Shown here: piece by piece, positions 34,639 to 47,044 of the stretch | How positions within the stretch are numbered: position 1 is the stretch's first letter | How the letters are laid out: each line of letters opens with the position of its first letter | DNA from: Nemertoderma westbladi | Taxonomy: Eukaryota; Animalia; Xenacoelomorpha | DNA: 48,824 nucleotides | Assembly (NCBI GenBank): GCA_032718475.1 | Contig: JAUCBJ010000214.1 | Span: forward strand, 1-48,824 | Reading direction: 5' to 3' | Program-made: the position numbers and the translations under genes | The notes under the pieces: model-generated | Seen by the model: the letters and a program-made list of their open reading frames with translations, nothing else | The model's database searches: none | Told to the model about the DNA's origin: nothing

Positions 34639-35298
34639 ATGCGGTATATTAGGATGCTTATGGGATGGTGTGGTGCATCTGATGTATACAACTCTCGCAT
34701 GGACACAGCATTAAAAGATGTCCCAAAATCTCGTCGAATTGTTGAGGACATCCTGATATTTACAGAAACGGAGGCAGAACACAAAGAGGCAGTGCGACAG
34801 CTCCTCTATGCGTGTGATGCCAATGACATTTCATTGAACACACGCAAGATACAATATTGCCAGGAGACAGTCATTTTCGGGGGATTCAAAATCTCCAAGG
34901 GCAAGTATGAGATAGACCCTAAACTAGTCCAGGATCTGAGAGAGTTCCCTAAACCTCACAACCGCACCACGCTGCGATCATTCCTTGGGCTTGCCCAACA
35001 GTTGGGAAATTTTACTAAGGAGATAACACGCCTAGTTGAACCCCTTCGCTCCCTTAACAAGAATAACATGGCTTGGGTATGGACTAGGGCTCATGAAATT
35101 GCATTCGTATCCACAATAAAGGCACTGACAAGTCCCTTATGCCTTGCTTACTATGACCCCAACCATGAGACCGAAATGTATTGTGATGCATCTAGATTAC
35201 ATGGCCTTGGATTCGTTTTGCGTCAACGAGATAAGAATGCAGTATGGAAAACTGTTCAGTGTGGCAGTCGTACATTGGCCCCACATGAGGCCAAGTGA
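34639..35298 (+). CDS. Pol part 2 (same frame): RT C-terminal half and RNase H N-terminus; ends at a premature TGA
   Basis: IVEDILI, LRSFLGL, CDASRLHGLGFVLRQ. Confidence 0.9.
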   Translation: MRYIRMLMGWCGASDVYNSRMDTALKDVPKSRRIVEDILIFTETEAEHKEAVRQLLYACDANDISLNTRKIQYCQETVIFGGFKISKGKYEIDPKLVQDLREFPKPHNRTTLRSFLGLAQQLGNFTKEITRLVEPLRSLNKNNMAWVWTRAHEIAFVSTIKALTSPLCLAYYDPNHETEMYCDASRLHGLGFVLRQRDKNAVWKTVQCGSRTLAPHEAK

Positions 35299-35304
35299 AG
35301 TGGC

Positions 35305-37142
35305 ATGGCAGAGTTGGAGGCCCTCTCTGTCGCCTGGGCTGCATCTAAATGCCGATTCTTCTTGGATGGTATGACACATTTTACTGTGGTCTTTGACTCG
35401 AATCCTCTGGTTCCCATTCTCAACCAGCGTCGTCTTGATCAAATCTCCAATGATAGACTTCTAAAAATGAAGACTGCCCTATCGCGCCACACCTTCACCG
35501 CACGATGGCAAGCAGGGGCCAAACACATAATGGCAGATGCCTTCTCCCGTGCAGAAATCAATGTACCAACTGATGAAAACTACATTCTCACGCCTGAAGA
35601 AGAAGCTGACCGAGAATTTGTAGTAGCAACTATGTTCTCTTTGCTTTGTGGGGCATGTGATGCAGAGGACAAATGTTGGCATAGTGGACCACAACCATGC
35701 GCAGCAATTATCAATTATTGGCAGGCCTCTTCCATTGATGATGATGATGTACTGCTCAAACAGTTGCGGGAGGCATCCAGTGACGACCAGACACATATTA
35801 AGCTTAATGATATCGTTACCCATGGCTGGCCAGCTAGTAAACAGGAACTGCAGACCAATGGCTATGATGCCCTCCTCCCTTACTTCAGGCACCGTGATCA
35901 AATCTCTGCAGTTGATGGACTCATTATGTTTGGACCCCGGATTGTCATTCCATCTGGTATGCGTAAATCAGTCCTCACACAACTCCATGCCGCACATCAA
36001 GGAATAGACAAAACCTTGGCCCGAGCACACCAATCCGTGTGGTGGCCTGAAGTTATTAATGACGTCAAGCAGACAGTGTCCAGCTGTACCACATGCGCCT
36101 CATCTCTACCTTCTCACAGAGCTGAACCCCAACAGCACAACCCACAGGCTACCCGACCTTTTCAGAAGATAGATGTTGACACTTTCATTGTAGATGGTTG
36201 CCACTACCTCATTATCGTTGATGAGTTCTCCGGGTGGCCTGCAGTCGCCACACTTGGAGAAGGTATGACTTCAATCAAAATTGTAAATGCATTACGATCA
36301 TTCTTTCTTACCCATGCTGTCCCAACTGTGTACCATCCAGACAACGGCACCAACCTGGTATCCTGTGAAGTTAAAAATTTCCTCACGTGGTGGGGCGTGG
36401 CAATAGAACCTGCTTCACCACACAAACCGCAGACCAATGGACGTGCCGAGGCTCTGGTAAAAGCGATGAAAAAGATTGTCAAAGGGGCCACACCTCCCAA
36501 TGGCGGAAAGCCAAACCCAGACAAACTGGCGGCTGGCATAATTGCCTACCGGAATACTCCCCGGTATGGAGGTCGCTCACCATCCCAGGCTATTTATGGT
36601 CACAATCTGCGCGATACTCTCCCTACACACAGATGTGCATATGACCCAAGGTGGAGTAGAACCCTCAAGGAGATGGATGAGACCACAGAGTCACGAAAAG
36701 CCATCTCACATGCTCGCTATCAGACAAAAACAGCATCTCTTAAAGAAATCGCCGTGGGGACACATGTGGTGATGCAAGACCATGTAACTGGTAAATGGAC
36801 CATTCCAGGCACCATCGTGGAAGCCATGGACAAACATGAGTGTATCTTATTAAAAAGACAAGTGGACGAGTTTGGCGCCGCAATCGTACTCTTATTCGCA
36901 TCCGGGTGGCCACTGACGATAACACAGGAAACAAACAAACTGACAAAGGTGACATGAGAGAGCATGACGATGTAGAACTATCTCATGTACCGCGTACAAC
37001 AAGAATGCCAACCAAGGAACTACCTACACCGATACCTATGACCAGGATATCTACCAGAAACCGCACACCCAACCGCAAATTTATCAGTCAGGATTGGTCT
37101 GGGTCGTTGAGAATGCCTGGGTGGAGAGGAGAAAACAGATGA
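35305..37142 (+). CDS. Pol part 3 (same frame): RNase H C-terminus and integrase; frameshift near 36840
   Basis: ELEAL, ADAFSR, LHAAHQG..WWP..CTTC, VDTF/PDNG/NGRAE catalytic D-D-E. The C-terminal YLIKKTSGRVWRRNR is in a shifted frame. Confidence 0.9.
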
Positions 37143-37308
37143 GTTTGATAAGGACTTGTATACATGACTTTGATAAGGACTTATATAAAACTGAGGACTC
37201 CACAAACTATTATATTGCATGCCCCACCAATAGACTCCTCTAGGTCCCCAGTGATATATACATAATGCCAAGCATGACACCACATCTATCTTCCCAGACA
37301 ACTCTCCC

Positions 37309-37324
37309 AACAGGGAAGGGGGAA
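37309..37324 (+). other. Polypurine tract
   Basis: aacagggaagggggaa abuts the 3' LTR. Confidence 0.9.
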
Positions 37325-37527
37325 TGTGTGATATGGGTCAGTCATGTGTCTGACATATTGGATATAACACATAGGCCTAGGATTTACCTACTTTCGTAGT
37401 TAGCAGTAGGCCTAGTACATTTAGGTATATTGTACCGGTTTGTGGTTTGCCGGCCTTTATGTGTTATGTTATATATCAGTATTTGATATCCTCAAATATA
37501 TACCGATACATTGGAAGTTATGTTACA
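37325..37527 (+). repeat. 3' LTR
   Basis: Matches 31879-32081. Confidence 0.97.
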
Positions 37528-37532
37528 GCTAC

Positions 37533-38460
37533 CTAATGGATGCTCTTCTATCTTTCCCCACATGCTTCCCTGCCCGCTATTGGCTTATCTACTAATTGTC
37601 ACTTTGGCACTCCCTGTAGGTGTCACCACCTGCTGCTAGCCTCGACTAGCTGGGCTCAGAATATTATCCAATATCCCATATTATGACTCATTGTCCCAAT
37701 ACAGACCTCCTTAGTCGTGGCGGGCGTGCCAAGCCCTGCCTTGTCTGCCCAATACACTCCATCCTGGGTACCATCCAGGGTCCATTGTTATCCAATACAT
37801 CCCTTACCTTACACCGGCCCCCCAGTACACATCCAACTGCCACCACCCAATAGCAGTAGGGAATGATTGACTAGTCACCTTCAAAACTCCATCCAGGCAC
37901 CAATATTAAGTAGTCTATTATAATGAGTAATCATATTTTAACATGGTTTGAACGTAAAATCTTTGCCCAGAAAGTCCCCCTGCGCGCAGGTGATAATTAG
38001 TGGTCAACTCCATATTGACCCCACATCGGGTTATAAATAGGGCCACATCGGGACAAAAAAACAAGAGTCTTCAACCCCAGCTGCCTGAAGTGAGCTCTGC
38101 TCCTCAGTACAGCAAAAGTTTAGCCTAGAAGCCAGCTCTGTTCCAAGTTGGGACCGTCTTTCTTGCTGGGTCGGGCCTGTGAAAGGTTTTGCGATTGACA
38201 GGAATGTAAGACGATTCCGCCATTGGTTTGAGTTTACTGGCTAAACTAGCCCGGAACGCTTGTGTGCTTACTCTTGCCTACTAGCTGTTTAGTTCGTCCA
38301 AGGATCAACTTATTCAGTTCTTGTCGGCAAAGTGGCAGCGTCTCCATTGGCTCGGCTCTCTCACTCACGGTAGTGCTGGTGCACTGTCCGCAGGCCATAC
38401 GTTTATTCAAGGTTCGCCCGAATAAAACTGTATGGTCTGAGAGCAAATTGCAGCTAACAT
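37533..38460 (+). mobile_element. Possible older solo-LTR-like sequence into which the Gypsy element inserted
   Basis: TATAAATAG (about 38032), then AATAAA (38421), then ...AACA (38459), in U3-R-U5 order. Ends and TSD not resolved. Confidence 0.35.
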
Positions 38461-39354
38461 CAGTACCACCCCTGTTTGGACTCAGACGGTAATCTGGTGT
38501 TCTGCACTACCGCCAAGTTCCAATAGCGTGAAGCTGCACCAAGTTTATTACGACTTTTCTACGACGCTTAGCTTTATAGACTTTTATTCACAACCTGTGT
38601 TTTTTTTCCATGATTTATTTGTATATTTTTTCCGGCGTATTTTTAGCAAAACTAAACGGCTAAAATACGGTATATTTTTTCTCTGATTTTTGGATTATTT
38701 AGAGGCTTACCGCCCGACATTTAATGCATCTTTGGATCGTGTTTTTTTTTGTAAGTTTGTTTTTGCTCGGTATTGTTTTTTACTACCATGACAATTTGAT
38801 GATTACTTTGGGCAATTAATTTTTTACATATCTGATTTCAATGATTATTTCGAACAATTTCTATTTATATTATTCATGTGTTATTATAATTTACCTACTT
38901 AGAGCGTTATATTTATTCCCTGGACTAAATAGTTATATATTTTGTGTAATCGGTAATGTGTGTTTATTTATTTCTTCCTTTGGTCTTTAAATACATACAT
39001 ACTGTATACTTTGGATCCTAATGGACCCAAAGCACCCCTCACCCGGTTTCTATCTTTTTCCTCATCCCAGAGGTTTTTCTACAGTGTTACAGTAAGCTAT
39101 TTCATTTATTTAGAAGGAAGCAATATACAGTATTATTTGGGAAGAATAGAAAATCACTGTGTTTTTGTACTATATTGAAAAGTTGTGGATGTCCGTAAAT
39201 AACAAGTCATTGAAGGACGTGTTTAAGTGGAAATATTTTATTTTAGCCGGAAAACCCAAACACTAAGCAAAAGTTGAGCACTACCTGGAGCCTTTTTGAG
39301 ATTCAAAGCCGTTTTAGGAGCTTATCGTGCCAAGGAGCACGATAAATCCATTAC

Positions 39355-41859
39355 AGAAACTTATTTTATGCTACTTTTGTTAGGCGGACATGATGACTAA
39401 GGGTTCATAGAAATTTAATAAAATGTCTTTCTGGGTGCAAAGTTAAAACTTTGCGCGCCTGTATTTCAAGACGACAATGGATTCTTCCCTTGCGATTTGG
39501 TAGGTGATTAAAGGAAGTAAAACACTATCAAAATATTTTACAATTGAATCTGTTTACATTCCCGTTGCCATGGAAAAAAGTATAATGAAAAATTTGAAAA
39601 ATTGTCTACCAATTCTATAAAACACCATTTTTATTCGGTTTGTCAGTATAGAATTATATTCCCTAAATGCCGTGGATTTTCAAAATTTTATTTTTATTCG
39701 AATTAACTTTGTAAAGATTGCTTTGAGTTCTCATTCGTATTGGTTCTATCTATTGTGCACCTATCGGTCAAGTGGTTCAGTAGCTCAGTCGGTAGAGCGT
39801 TGGAAATTATATGTGTAGTAGGTATTGAGTTCGAATCCTAGTAAGTGCGAATTATTTTTTGTGCAGAATTTCAACTCATTTAAATTAACCGCTACAAATT
39901 AATTGCATTTGTCTGTACCAATGAGACTTTATTATCTTATCTGTGTGATTTTGTAATAAAGTCAGAAATACTTGTCAATCTCAGCCCTTTTTCTATCTGT
40001 TTTACCATGGATTCACTACGGTGAACAAACTTAGGGACAGGATGGCCGGCTAGAGATCGGGCCGCAGCAATGAACGGGAACATCGGGGGAATGTAGACGA
40101 GAGACAACCCGCAATACCACCTTGAGTTATTCGCCCATCGCCTGAAAGGTTAGACAGCGTTCGACGCCTTGCTACCTAAGAGTAAGACCAAAAGATCAAA
40201 AGGTAGAAGTAGTGACACGCTGTAAGCCTAAAATTACATCTAAGGGACTGTACTGTCTTGATTCAGGAAAAACCGCAGTAGACCTTCATATTCCTACGGG
40301 GGGGAGAGCGCAGGCAGATACTAGTACGCAGATAGGACGTAGGCACACCGGTACGAAGCATACAAATTGGTGGGGTGCAGCAAACTGTACGCCTAACTCT
40401 TGCTAAGTACAGGTGTGTGTGCGACTATTTGTAGTACGACAGTGTCCATTGCATTAGAACTTGTAGGCTAGGGGGTTGCTGTGTTTTCACCTGAATTGGG
40501 ATTGTACCGTTCAGGCGGTAGGGCAGTTTACACTAGGCGCAAATAAATTGAGGCTATTAGGGATACTAACATCTACCGTGTCCCCGCCAACGCCCTAATA
40601 GGAAGTTACCCGGACTACCTGGGTGACTAAAATTCTAGATAGGAGCCAGGATAGCTATTAGTAACTGTACGCCTACAGTAGTAAACTAACACATCTCTTC
40701 TTAGTATCAGGGACCTGGTACCTAAAATTGCCGAATTCTGGGCGTAGCATTAACCTTATGCCTGAATTTGAGTCCTGGAAATACGCAAGAGGGGAAGGAA
40801 CCTTATCATTAGTGAGTATTGGACCTACAAGTTACAAAATTAGAATATTCGTAAAATGCACACCGTACCCAGTAATTATATATGTGAAGGAGCAAAACTG
40901 CTTTGACCGTTCAGAATTAACACACGCGCGTTAGAAATTATTTACACCTCAAAATATATAAAATTAACTTTTGTCCGTACTGTGCTTTGCCCGCTAGTTA
41001 GACATCTCCAAATATCTGCCTGTGTACCTAGCTAGCGTCTCTTTGCCCAACCATATAAATCACACCGCGGCAAAGTATACGAGCCCCTTAGTCCGTCAGT
41101 GAGTCAGCCTGATTTTAGGATTCGCTGCGCGGGATTTTGTTTTATCGAAGTTTGTCTGCTCGTAGACTGTTTTCTGCCTCACCGGTTATAAGAGATCGAT
41201 ACTGCAATATATTCGCTTACTTAGAGTTTACTGTTTTGGTGAGAAGGTCGGATTTATGATTTGATTCCCAAACTTTACAGTAGGATATTGCAGGTATTGT
41301 TGCTGTCTCTTCATATAGTCAGTCTTAATATTAAGTTAAAATTGCCAACATTTTAATTTTATAATTCGTCAATTGTGAATCATACTGTATTTCTAAAAGT
41401 CAATATTTGCCAATAAACTAAACTGTCCAATCAGAGACCAAGACCTGTGATAGCTTGATTTTGACATTCCAGAATATTAAATTTCGGTTAGCAACTATTA
41501 GAAATAAAGGACAGCCACCAGGCATGTTTGTTGAAAATTATATAAGTAGTAAATAGTAGCCCAAATTCTATCTGGCGATCATAATGGGAATTTATCGTAA
41601 TTCCCGTCACCATGGAAATGGGAATGAAAAAAATTTAAATGTAAAATATTTTGATAGACTTTTATTCCCTTTACTGATATACCAAATCTCAAGAACAGAA
41701 TCCCTTGTCGTCTTGAATTACAGGCGCTCGAAATTTGAACTTTGCACCCGGTTACCTTGGCAACTACAAGATAACAATTTCAGAAAGACATTTTATTACA
41801 TTTCTATGAACCCTTAGTCATCATATCCACCTAACCAAAGTTGCATAAGAGAGGTTTCT
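39355..41859. mobile_element. Diverged inverted repeat pair (about 39355-39573 and 41609-41859), probably an old DNA transposon or two inverted MITE arms
   Basis: atgatgactaagggttcatagaaat..ttcaagacgacaa..tatcaaaatattttaca..cattccc..ccatgg is mirrored on the opposite strand. Confidence 0.7.
39774..39848 (+). other. tRNA-derived sequence (SINE head or pseudogene)
   Basis: TAGCTCAGTCGGTAGAGC D-arm/A-box and GAGTTCGAATC B-box. Anticodon and acceptor stems are not intact. Confidence 0.6.
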
Positions 41860-41909
41860 AAGGAAATATTATGAAAATAGTGTCATAAATAGGGAAACAA
41901 ACGATCGGC

Positions 41910-42492
41910 CAGCCCCGTATCGTGCGGGGGGGGGGGCTTTGGGGGCACTGCCCCCCCAGAGAAGTCTCACTGCCCCCCCCAGACATGTATTGTTCACTCG
42001 TCTTATTCACAATTAATTAATAATAATATTGTTGGTAATCAATATTATTTGATTCACATACTCCTGCCCACTGACCTGACCTGACTCCCCACCGTTCCAT
42101 TTGGTCCAATTCTATAATACTACATGACATTAATATACCTACCTACCTGTAATTACTAAAAATACTCGAAAGCGCTAGGTTCTCTCATTGGCTACCAGGG
42201 TGGAGGGGTTGTTTGTTGTTGACCCATTGTCTATTTTCTTGTAGTTAGGGAGCCAGCTTGCAGCTAAAAGGCTAGGCGCTGAGGCCTGAGGGTTGCTTGC
42301 GCTGGTATCCATAGCTATAATTTGTTGTAACTTAACCTTAACCATATTACACCTGAAGTGGGTCCTTCGCGCAGCACGTGATATAACTTATGTAAGTGTA
42401 ATCTTGAGAGAAAAATAAGCAAAATCTAAGCAGATGCCCTTGATCACGTTACACCAGCCTCGAGGCAGGCTTGAAAACTGCAGTCGATTTAA
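41910..42492. mobile_element. Truncated, diverged second copy of the 11132-12230 hAT element (left half)
   Basis: Starts cagccccgtatcgtgcgggg and is colinear with 11132-11742 up to ctgcagtcgatttaa. Confidence 0.88.
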
Positions 42493-42810
42493 CCCTTGTG
42501 CTCTCTTTGGGGTCATTTTTGACCCATCGAAGATTTAAACTTACACAATTTTATCACACATTGATATTTTATCTCGAAATTTTGTGACTTTTATTATTTT
42601 ATGGTACTTCTCAATTAGAAAAACAAAAATGTAAAAATTTTCAAGGGGGTCTATTAAATTTTACAATTTATAGGGGCCTACACATATTGACTTTGAGGTC
42701 AAATTTCACCTCGTGTTTTGTACCTGTACCATTCAATATCAACGAAAAACTTTTTTTGAATTTCAACTCAGTTCGCACATCATACAGTATGTCATCAAAT
42801 GGGCCCAAAC
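42493..42810. mobile_element. piggyBac-like element left end inserted at TTAA
   Basis: hAT homology stops exactly at TTAA|CCCTT, followed by a gggtca...tgaccc subterminal palindrome. No right end found. Confidence 0.5.
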
Positions 42811-42814
42811 TTAG

Positions 42815-43218
42815 CCCGCCCTTTGCCTTGGCCCTTGGCACAAGAGAGTCATATTCCCCATTGTTGTGATGATCAACTTCTAGTATTCCTACTGCATTGA
42901 TATTATGCTCATTTAGAACCGCAATGACCTATTTAGTTGTTGTAGACACCTTCAAAACAAGCATAGAACGAATAGTTTTTGAGATATTTGTCAGGTACAG
43001 TTTGTCTATATCGCATCAAGGCGCTAATTTTGACTTGTGCCGGACTTCACATTATCTGCAATATCTCTCGCTATTCGCTCTATGCTTGTTTTGAAGGTGT
43101 CTACACCAACTAAATCGGTCATTGCGGTTCTATTGAGCATAAATATCAATGCAGTAGGAATAATAGAAGTTGATCATCACAAAAATGGGGAATATGACTC
43201 ACTTGCACCAAGGGCGGG
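42815..43218. mobile_element. Palindromic MITE with ~160-bp arms
   Basis: 42831-42990 is the reverse complement of about 43057-43215 (gcccttgg..gagtcatattcccc / ggggaatatgactc..ccaagggc). Confidence 0.85.
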
Positions 43219-44348
43219 AACTGACCATGTGCCTGTGGGAATATTTCCTGTCATCCCCAAATCAAAATTTTGGTATCTACAGTACCGCTTTCAAATAACG
43301 TCGTGTTGGATCCTAATATGTAGGATCCTATTAGGATCCAAGTCACTGATTCACTACTATAGGAGTTAGGATTTAATTGGAAATGAAATTTAGCCCAAAT
43401 TCCAGACTTGGAGGCACTTAGGATTTGACTTGGATTTCATTAGGAATTTACTTGGAAATCGGCGCTTACTTTGATTTCTGGAAGGTGGACTGACTCAGAC
43501 TATGCTTGTGCTAGTCCACTTATTCTCTATCCTGCCAATCATTAAGTTGTATAGAATGGACTAGACACAGCCTAAAGTTTGCATAGTGTTCAGTTCATTG
43601 ATATATGGTTATCGATGGAAGATTACACTACTACTGTACCTTGTATTGCCAGCCTCTGACGTAAATAATATTTAAAACATATACTGTAATTGATGAAATC
43701 CACACACATCCGCAGATAGTTAACGCCGTGGGCAGGTGGGCTCTGGAATTATTTTAAATCGTATTGAACTTACAAATAAATGTAGGATCACACACTGTAT
43801 TTATTACTATTGAACATATTTTGAGTAATAAAGAGTAAAACACAATGTTTGTGTAATTATTAATAGAATAAATATTAGTTTATTTTCATTTATTAGTTTA
43901 ATTAATAATTAGACAGGGGCTAAAACTGGGCGACTAATTAAATGTATGTTATCCACGGGAAATTTTAATTCCCTATACACATTGACATTCTGCTTACTAT
44001 ACAAACACTGCTTGCTGTAAGAGGAATACAGATAATTGGTAGATAATTGGGTGTTCAGTTATTCTTATTATAGTCTTAAAAATAAATATGGGCGATTAAT
44101 TATTAGCATCTCATTGTGTAGTTAAATATCCGTTCGGCCAATAGTACAGCAGTAAGTCATTTATTAGTCCCCAAGGAGGGCTAGGGACCATTGTCCCCCC
44201 CCCCCCCCCCCCCCTCCCTTCCCCCTCCCTTCCCGACATAGATAAACTGTAATATTGAATGCCATATTTTACTGAAACACACAAGTTCCGTATTTAAACG
44301 GCATAACACCCACACAGCACATTACACTCTCCAAGCAGATTCCGCAAC

Positions 44349-44677
44349 ATGTCACAATCCGTATCGCTACCACTACGAAAAATAAATGACATAACATCCT
44401 ACAGACAGGAATTTATAGAAGTAAAAGTGTCTGAGTCTGTACTCCCAGATATTCCCATTGGCGATATCTCCTTTGCAGAAGTGAAGGCTGCTGCAAAGAG
44501 CATTAAGACCAATCGTGCCAGTGGAGTAGATGGTGTTACCCCTGAGGTCTTTAAAATACCTGAGTGTTTAAAGCTCATCTATCCCATCATAGTAGACATG
44601 TACCGAACAACAAGAGTCCCACAAGAAATGAAAACAAATAAGTTGGTGCCAGTTCCCAAGAAGGGCAACCTAACACT
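44349..44677 (+). mobile_element. RTE-like LINE ORF2, RT N-terminal part
   Basis: ISFAEVKAA...RASGVDGVTPEVFK...VPQE....LVPVPKKGNLT. Cut by a hAT insertion. Confidence 0.85.
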
Positions 44678-47044
44678 CAGTGGCGTGGTGGCCATACATA
44701 TATTCGGGAAAATTCCCGGGCCCCCTTGACGATCTGGGCCCCCCGGGCCCCTCAGGGTCAGAAAATTATATTGATGTTATAAACAATTAGTAGTAGGTAT
44801 TACATATTTCCAATAAAATATAAGCAACGAAACCAAAACAATAGCTATAGAGGCCCATGTCGCAGTTACCAAGCACAGCACTAAACTAAGAGGGTTGGAG
44901 AGGTGGAGGGGGGGGGGGGGGGGGGGGAGGGGTGTAAACGTAGGAGCACATACCCAGTAGGCCTATTATTCCTTATTGAAAAAGTCCCCTCAGGCCGTCA
45001 GGCGGCCGACGGCGTCGGCAAGGCAAACTGTGTTGTAGTTACATTAGTGCCAGCCCGCCAGACCAGTTGGGAATGCATTCGTTTCACCTGAGCTGACCAT
45101 CCACCACCAGAGTTCAATATATCAATCATCTCCCATGAATTAATAGAGGTAGGTAGGTACTCTAATGTAATAAACATGAAGTAATCTTATCTGATAACGC
45201 TGGTAAACGTGTTGTCTGATTGGTCAGTTTGTCTAAAAGTCAATGGATATACTTATGTAATAACTGAACGGATGAAGTGGTAGGCATTCACCAGCGCGGT
45301 AGCATTTCTATCATCTATACACTATGTGGGGCGAGCCACGAAGTGAGTGAGCCTTAGCGTAGTGGTACCATTAATCAACCTGTCGTTCTGTCGTTCTGTC
45401 GTTCTGTCGTGTTCAATTTTAAACGTTAATAACTCGGCCAATCTTTGATGAAATCTATCCAAACTTGGTACACATGTTGTTTGGCAAAAGTTTAGAAATT
45501 TTCCAAGTAGAATTTCAGTGTGGCCTTCGAGAAGCTAAGATAATAGCAGTTAATTAGTTAATTAAGTTATTACGGTAAAAACACCATTTTCAACCTGCCT
45601 TTTAAAGGAAATTAATTGTTTTACAGTATAAGATTTAAATAATTGTAATTAAAAATTATACAGATGCAAATTATACAGATTGCGTGATTATACGTCTATT
45701 TTAAGGTTCATGCAATCTCACTAACATTTGGAGGCATTTCTCCTGATGAAATTAAACAGGAGTTGGACCGGGGAATTGAACTACCTGTTATAATTGAAAA
45801 ATTTGTGAAGGATGCTCTACATTTTGAAGCCTTTGCAATAACACTGCAGTATAACTTAATCGAAACTTCGCGGTAAAAATTAAAAAGTTGAAATAAATAC
45901 ACCATGTCCCGTAATATAGTGTCATTTTCTGATGACACGGACCCCCCCCCCCCCCCCCAGATTTTTCTACAAATCTTTATCATATTGCTTGAAATTTGAA
46001 ACACAACTAGTTCCACTCACCGTCGATGACCCCATGAACCCGGAATTTTCGATTTTGCCTTCAAATTTTTTTATATGCATTTTAAAAAAGTGTCTTTTGC
46101 GAAATCGCACCCTCCGTATCGTGGACATTCTTCACATTAGTCGTAATTTATTCATATCATTAGAAAGCTTGCCTTGCAAGGATTCCAAATATGTAACAAT
46201 ATCTGAGTTTCGTTGAGAAACAACTGAGATATAGGCGTTCAAAGATTGCAAGAATTATTGTTCGCTGAAGGCTATTTATTCTATTTAATAAATACACAAT
46301 GTTCTGGAACATTTTGTTTAAAGTATGAATAGCTATGCAATAGAGATATTGGATAGGTATACCGCTGTTGCCAACCAACTTATAAAATAAATAACACATT
46401 CTAGAATTTTGTGTATTTATTTAATAGAATAAATGGCCTGCAGCGAACGATAATTCTTGCAATCTTTGAACGCCTATATCTCAGCTGTTTCTCAACGAAA
46501 TTCAGATATTGTTACATATTTGCAATCCTTGCAACGCGAAGCTTTTTAATGATATGTAAAAGTTACGACAAATGCGAAGAATGGCCACGATACTGAGGGT
46601 GCGATTTCGCAAAAGGCACTTTTTTAAAACGCTTATAAACAAAATTTAAAGGCAAAATCGAAAAATCCGGCTTCATGGGGTCATCGACGGTGAGTGGAAC
46701 TAGTTGTGTTTCAAATTTCAAGCAATATGATAAAGATTTGTAGAAAAATCTGGGGGGGGGGGGGGGGGTCCGTGTCATCAGAAAATGACACTATATTACG
46801 GGACATGGTGTATATTGTGTACTGCCCTATCACTACTTATATTATTTTGATTAATAATTGTGTCATTTTATTTATTTGTTTATTTAAAACTGTATAAAGC
46901 CTTTTTCTAGAAAATATTTTGTGCATGAGGGGGGGGGGGGGGGGGGGGGTTGGGGTGGTCAAAATTCGAGGTGATCTGGCATTTATAAATGGGCCCTTAT
47001 TTTGGGATTTCCCGGGCCCCTTACTGGGACCCACCACGCCACTG
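44678..47044. mobile_element. Non-autonomous hAT element (2367 bp including a nested insert) splitting the LINE RT
   Basis: Perfect 14-bp TIR cagtggcgtggtgg / ccaccacgccactg. 8-bp TSD ctaacact at 44670-44677 and 47045-47052. Confidence 0.93.
45900..46810. mobile_element. Tc1/mariner-type foldback MITE (911 bp, ~400-bp arms, TA TSD)
   Basis: TA|caccatgtcccgtaatatagtgtc ... gacactatattacgggacatggtg|TA. The arms are reverse complementary. Confidence 0.92.

Larger units (their letters stand above)
31879..37527 (+). mobile_element. Full-length Gypsy (Mag-like) LTR retrotransposon, 5649 bp
   Basis: 203-bp TG...CA LTRs, identical by eye; TSD gctac (31874-31878, 37528-37532); PBS; PPT; domain order gag-PR-RT-RH-IN. 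Confidence 0.97.

Noticed and set aside
34636-35298. Programmed TGA readthrough or an alternative genetic code in pol
   Set aside because: The two stops align to different residue types (Arg and an aromatic), Trp is encoded by TGG elsewhere, a frameshift is also present, and the host gene uses TGA as stop.
32373-36965. Antisense ORFs within the Gypsy element
   Set aside because: They are shadow frames of gag-pol with no recognisable motifs.
36840-37142. env-like third ORF
   Set aside because: It is the frameshifted integrase C-terminus (RRNR motif), with no signal peptide or transmembrane segment.
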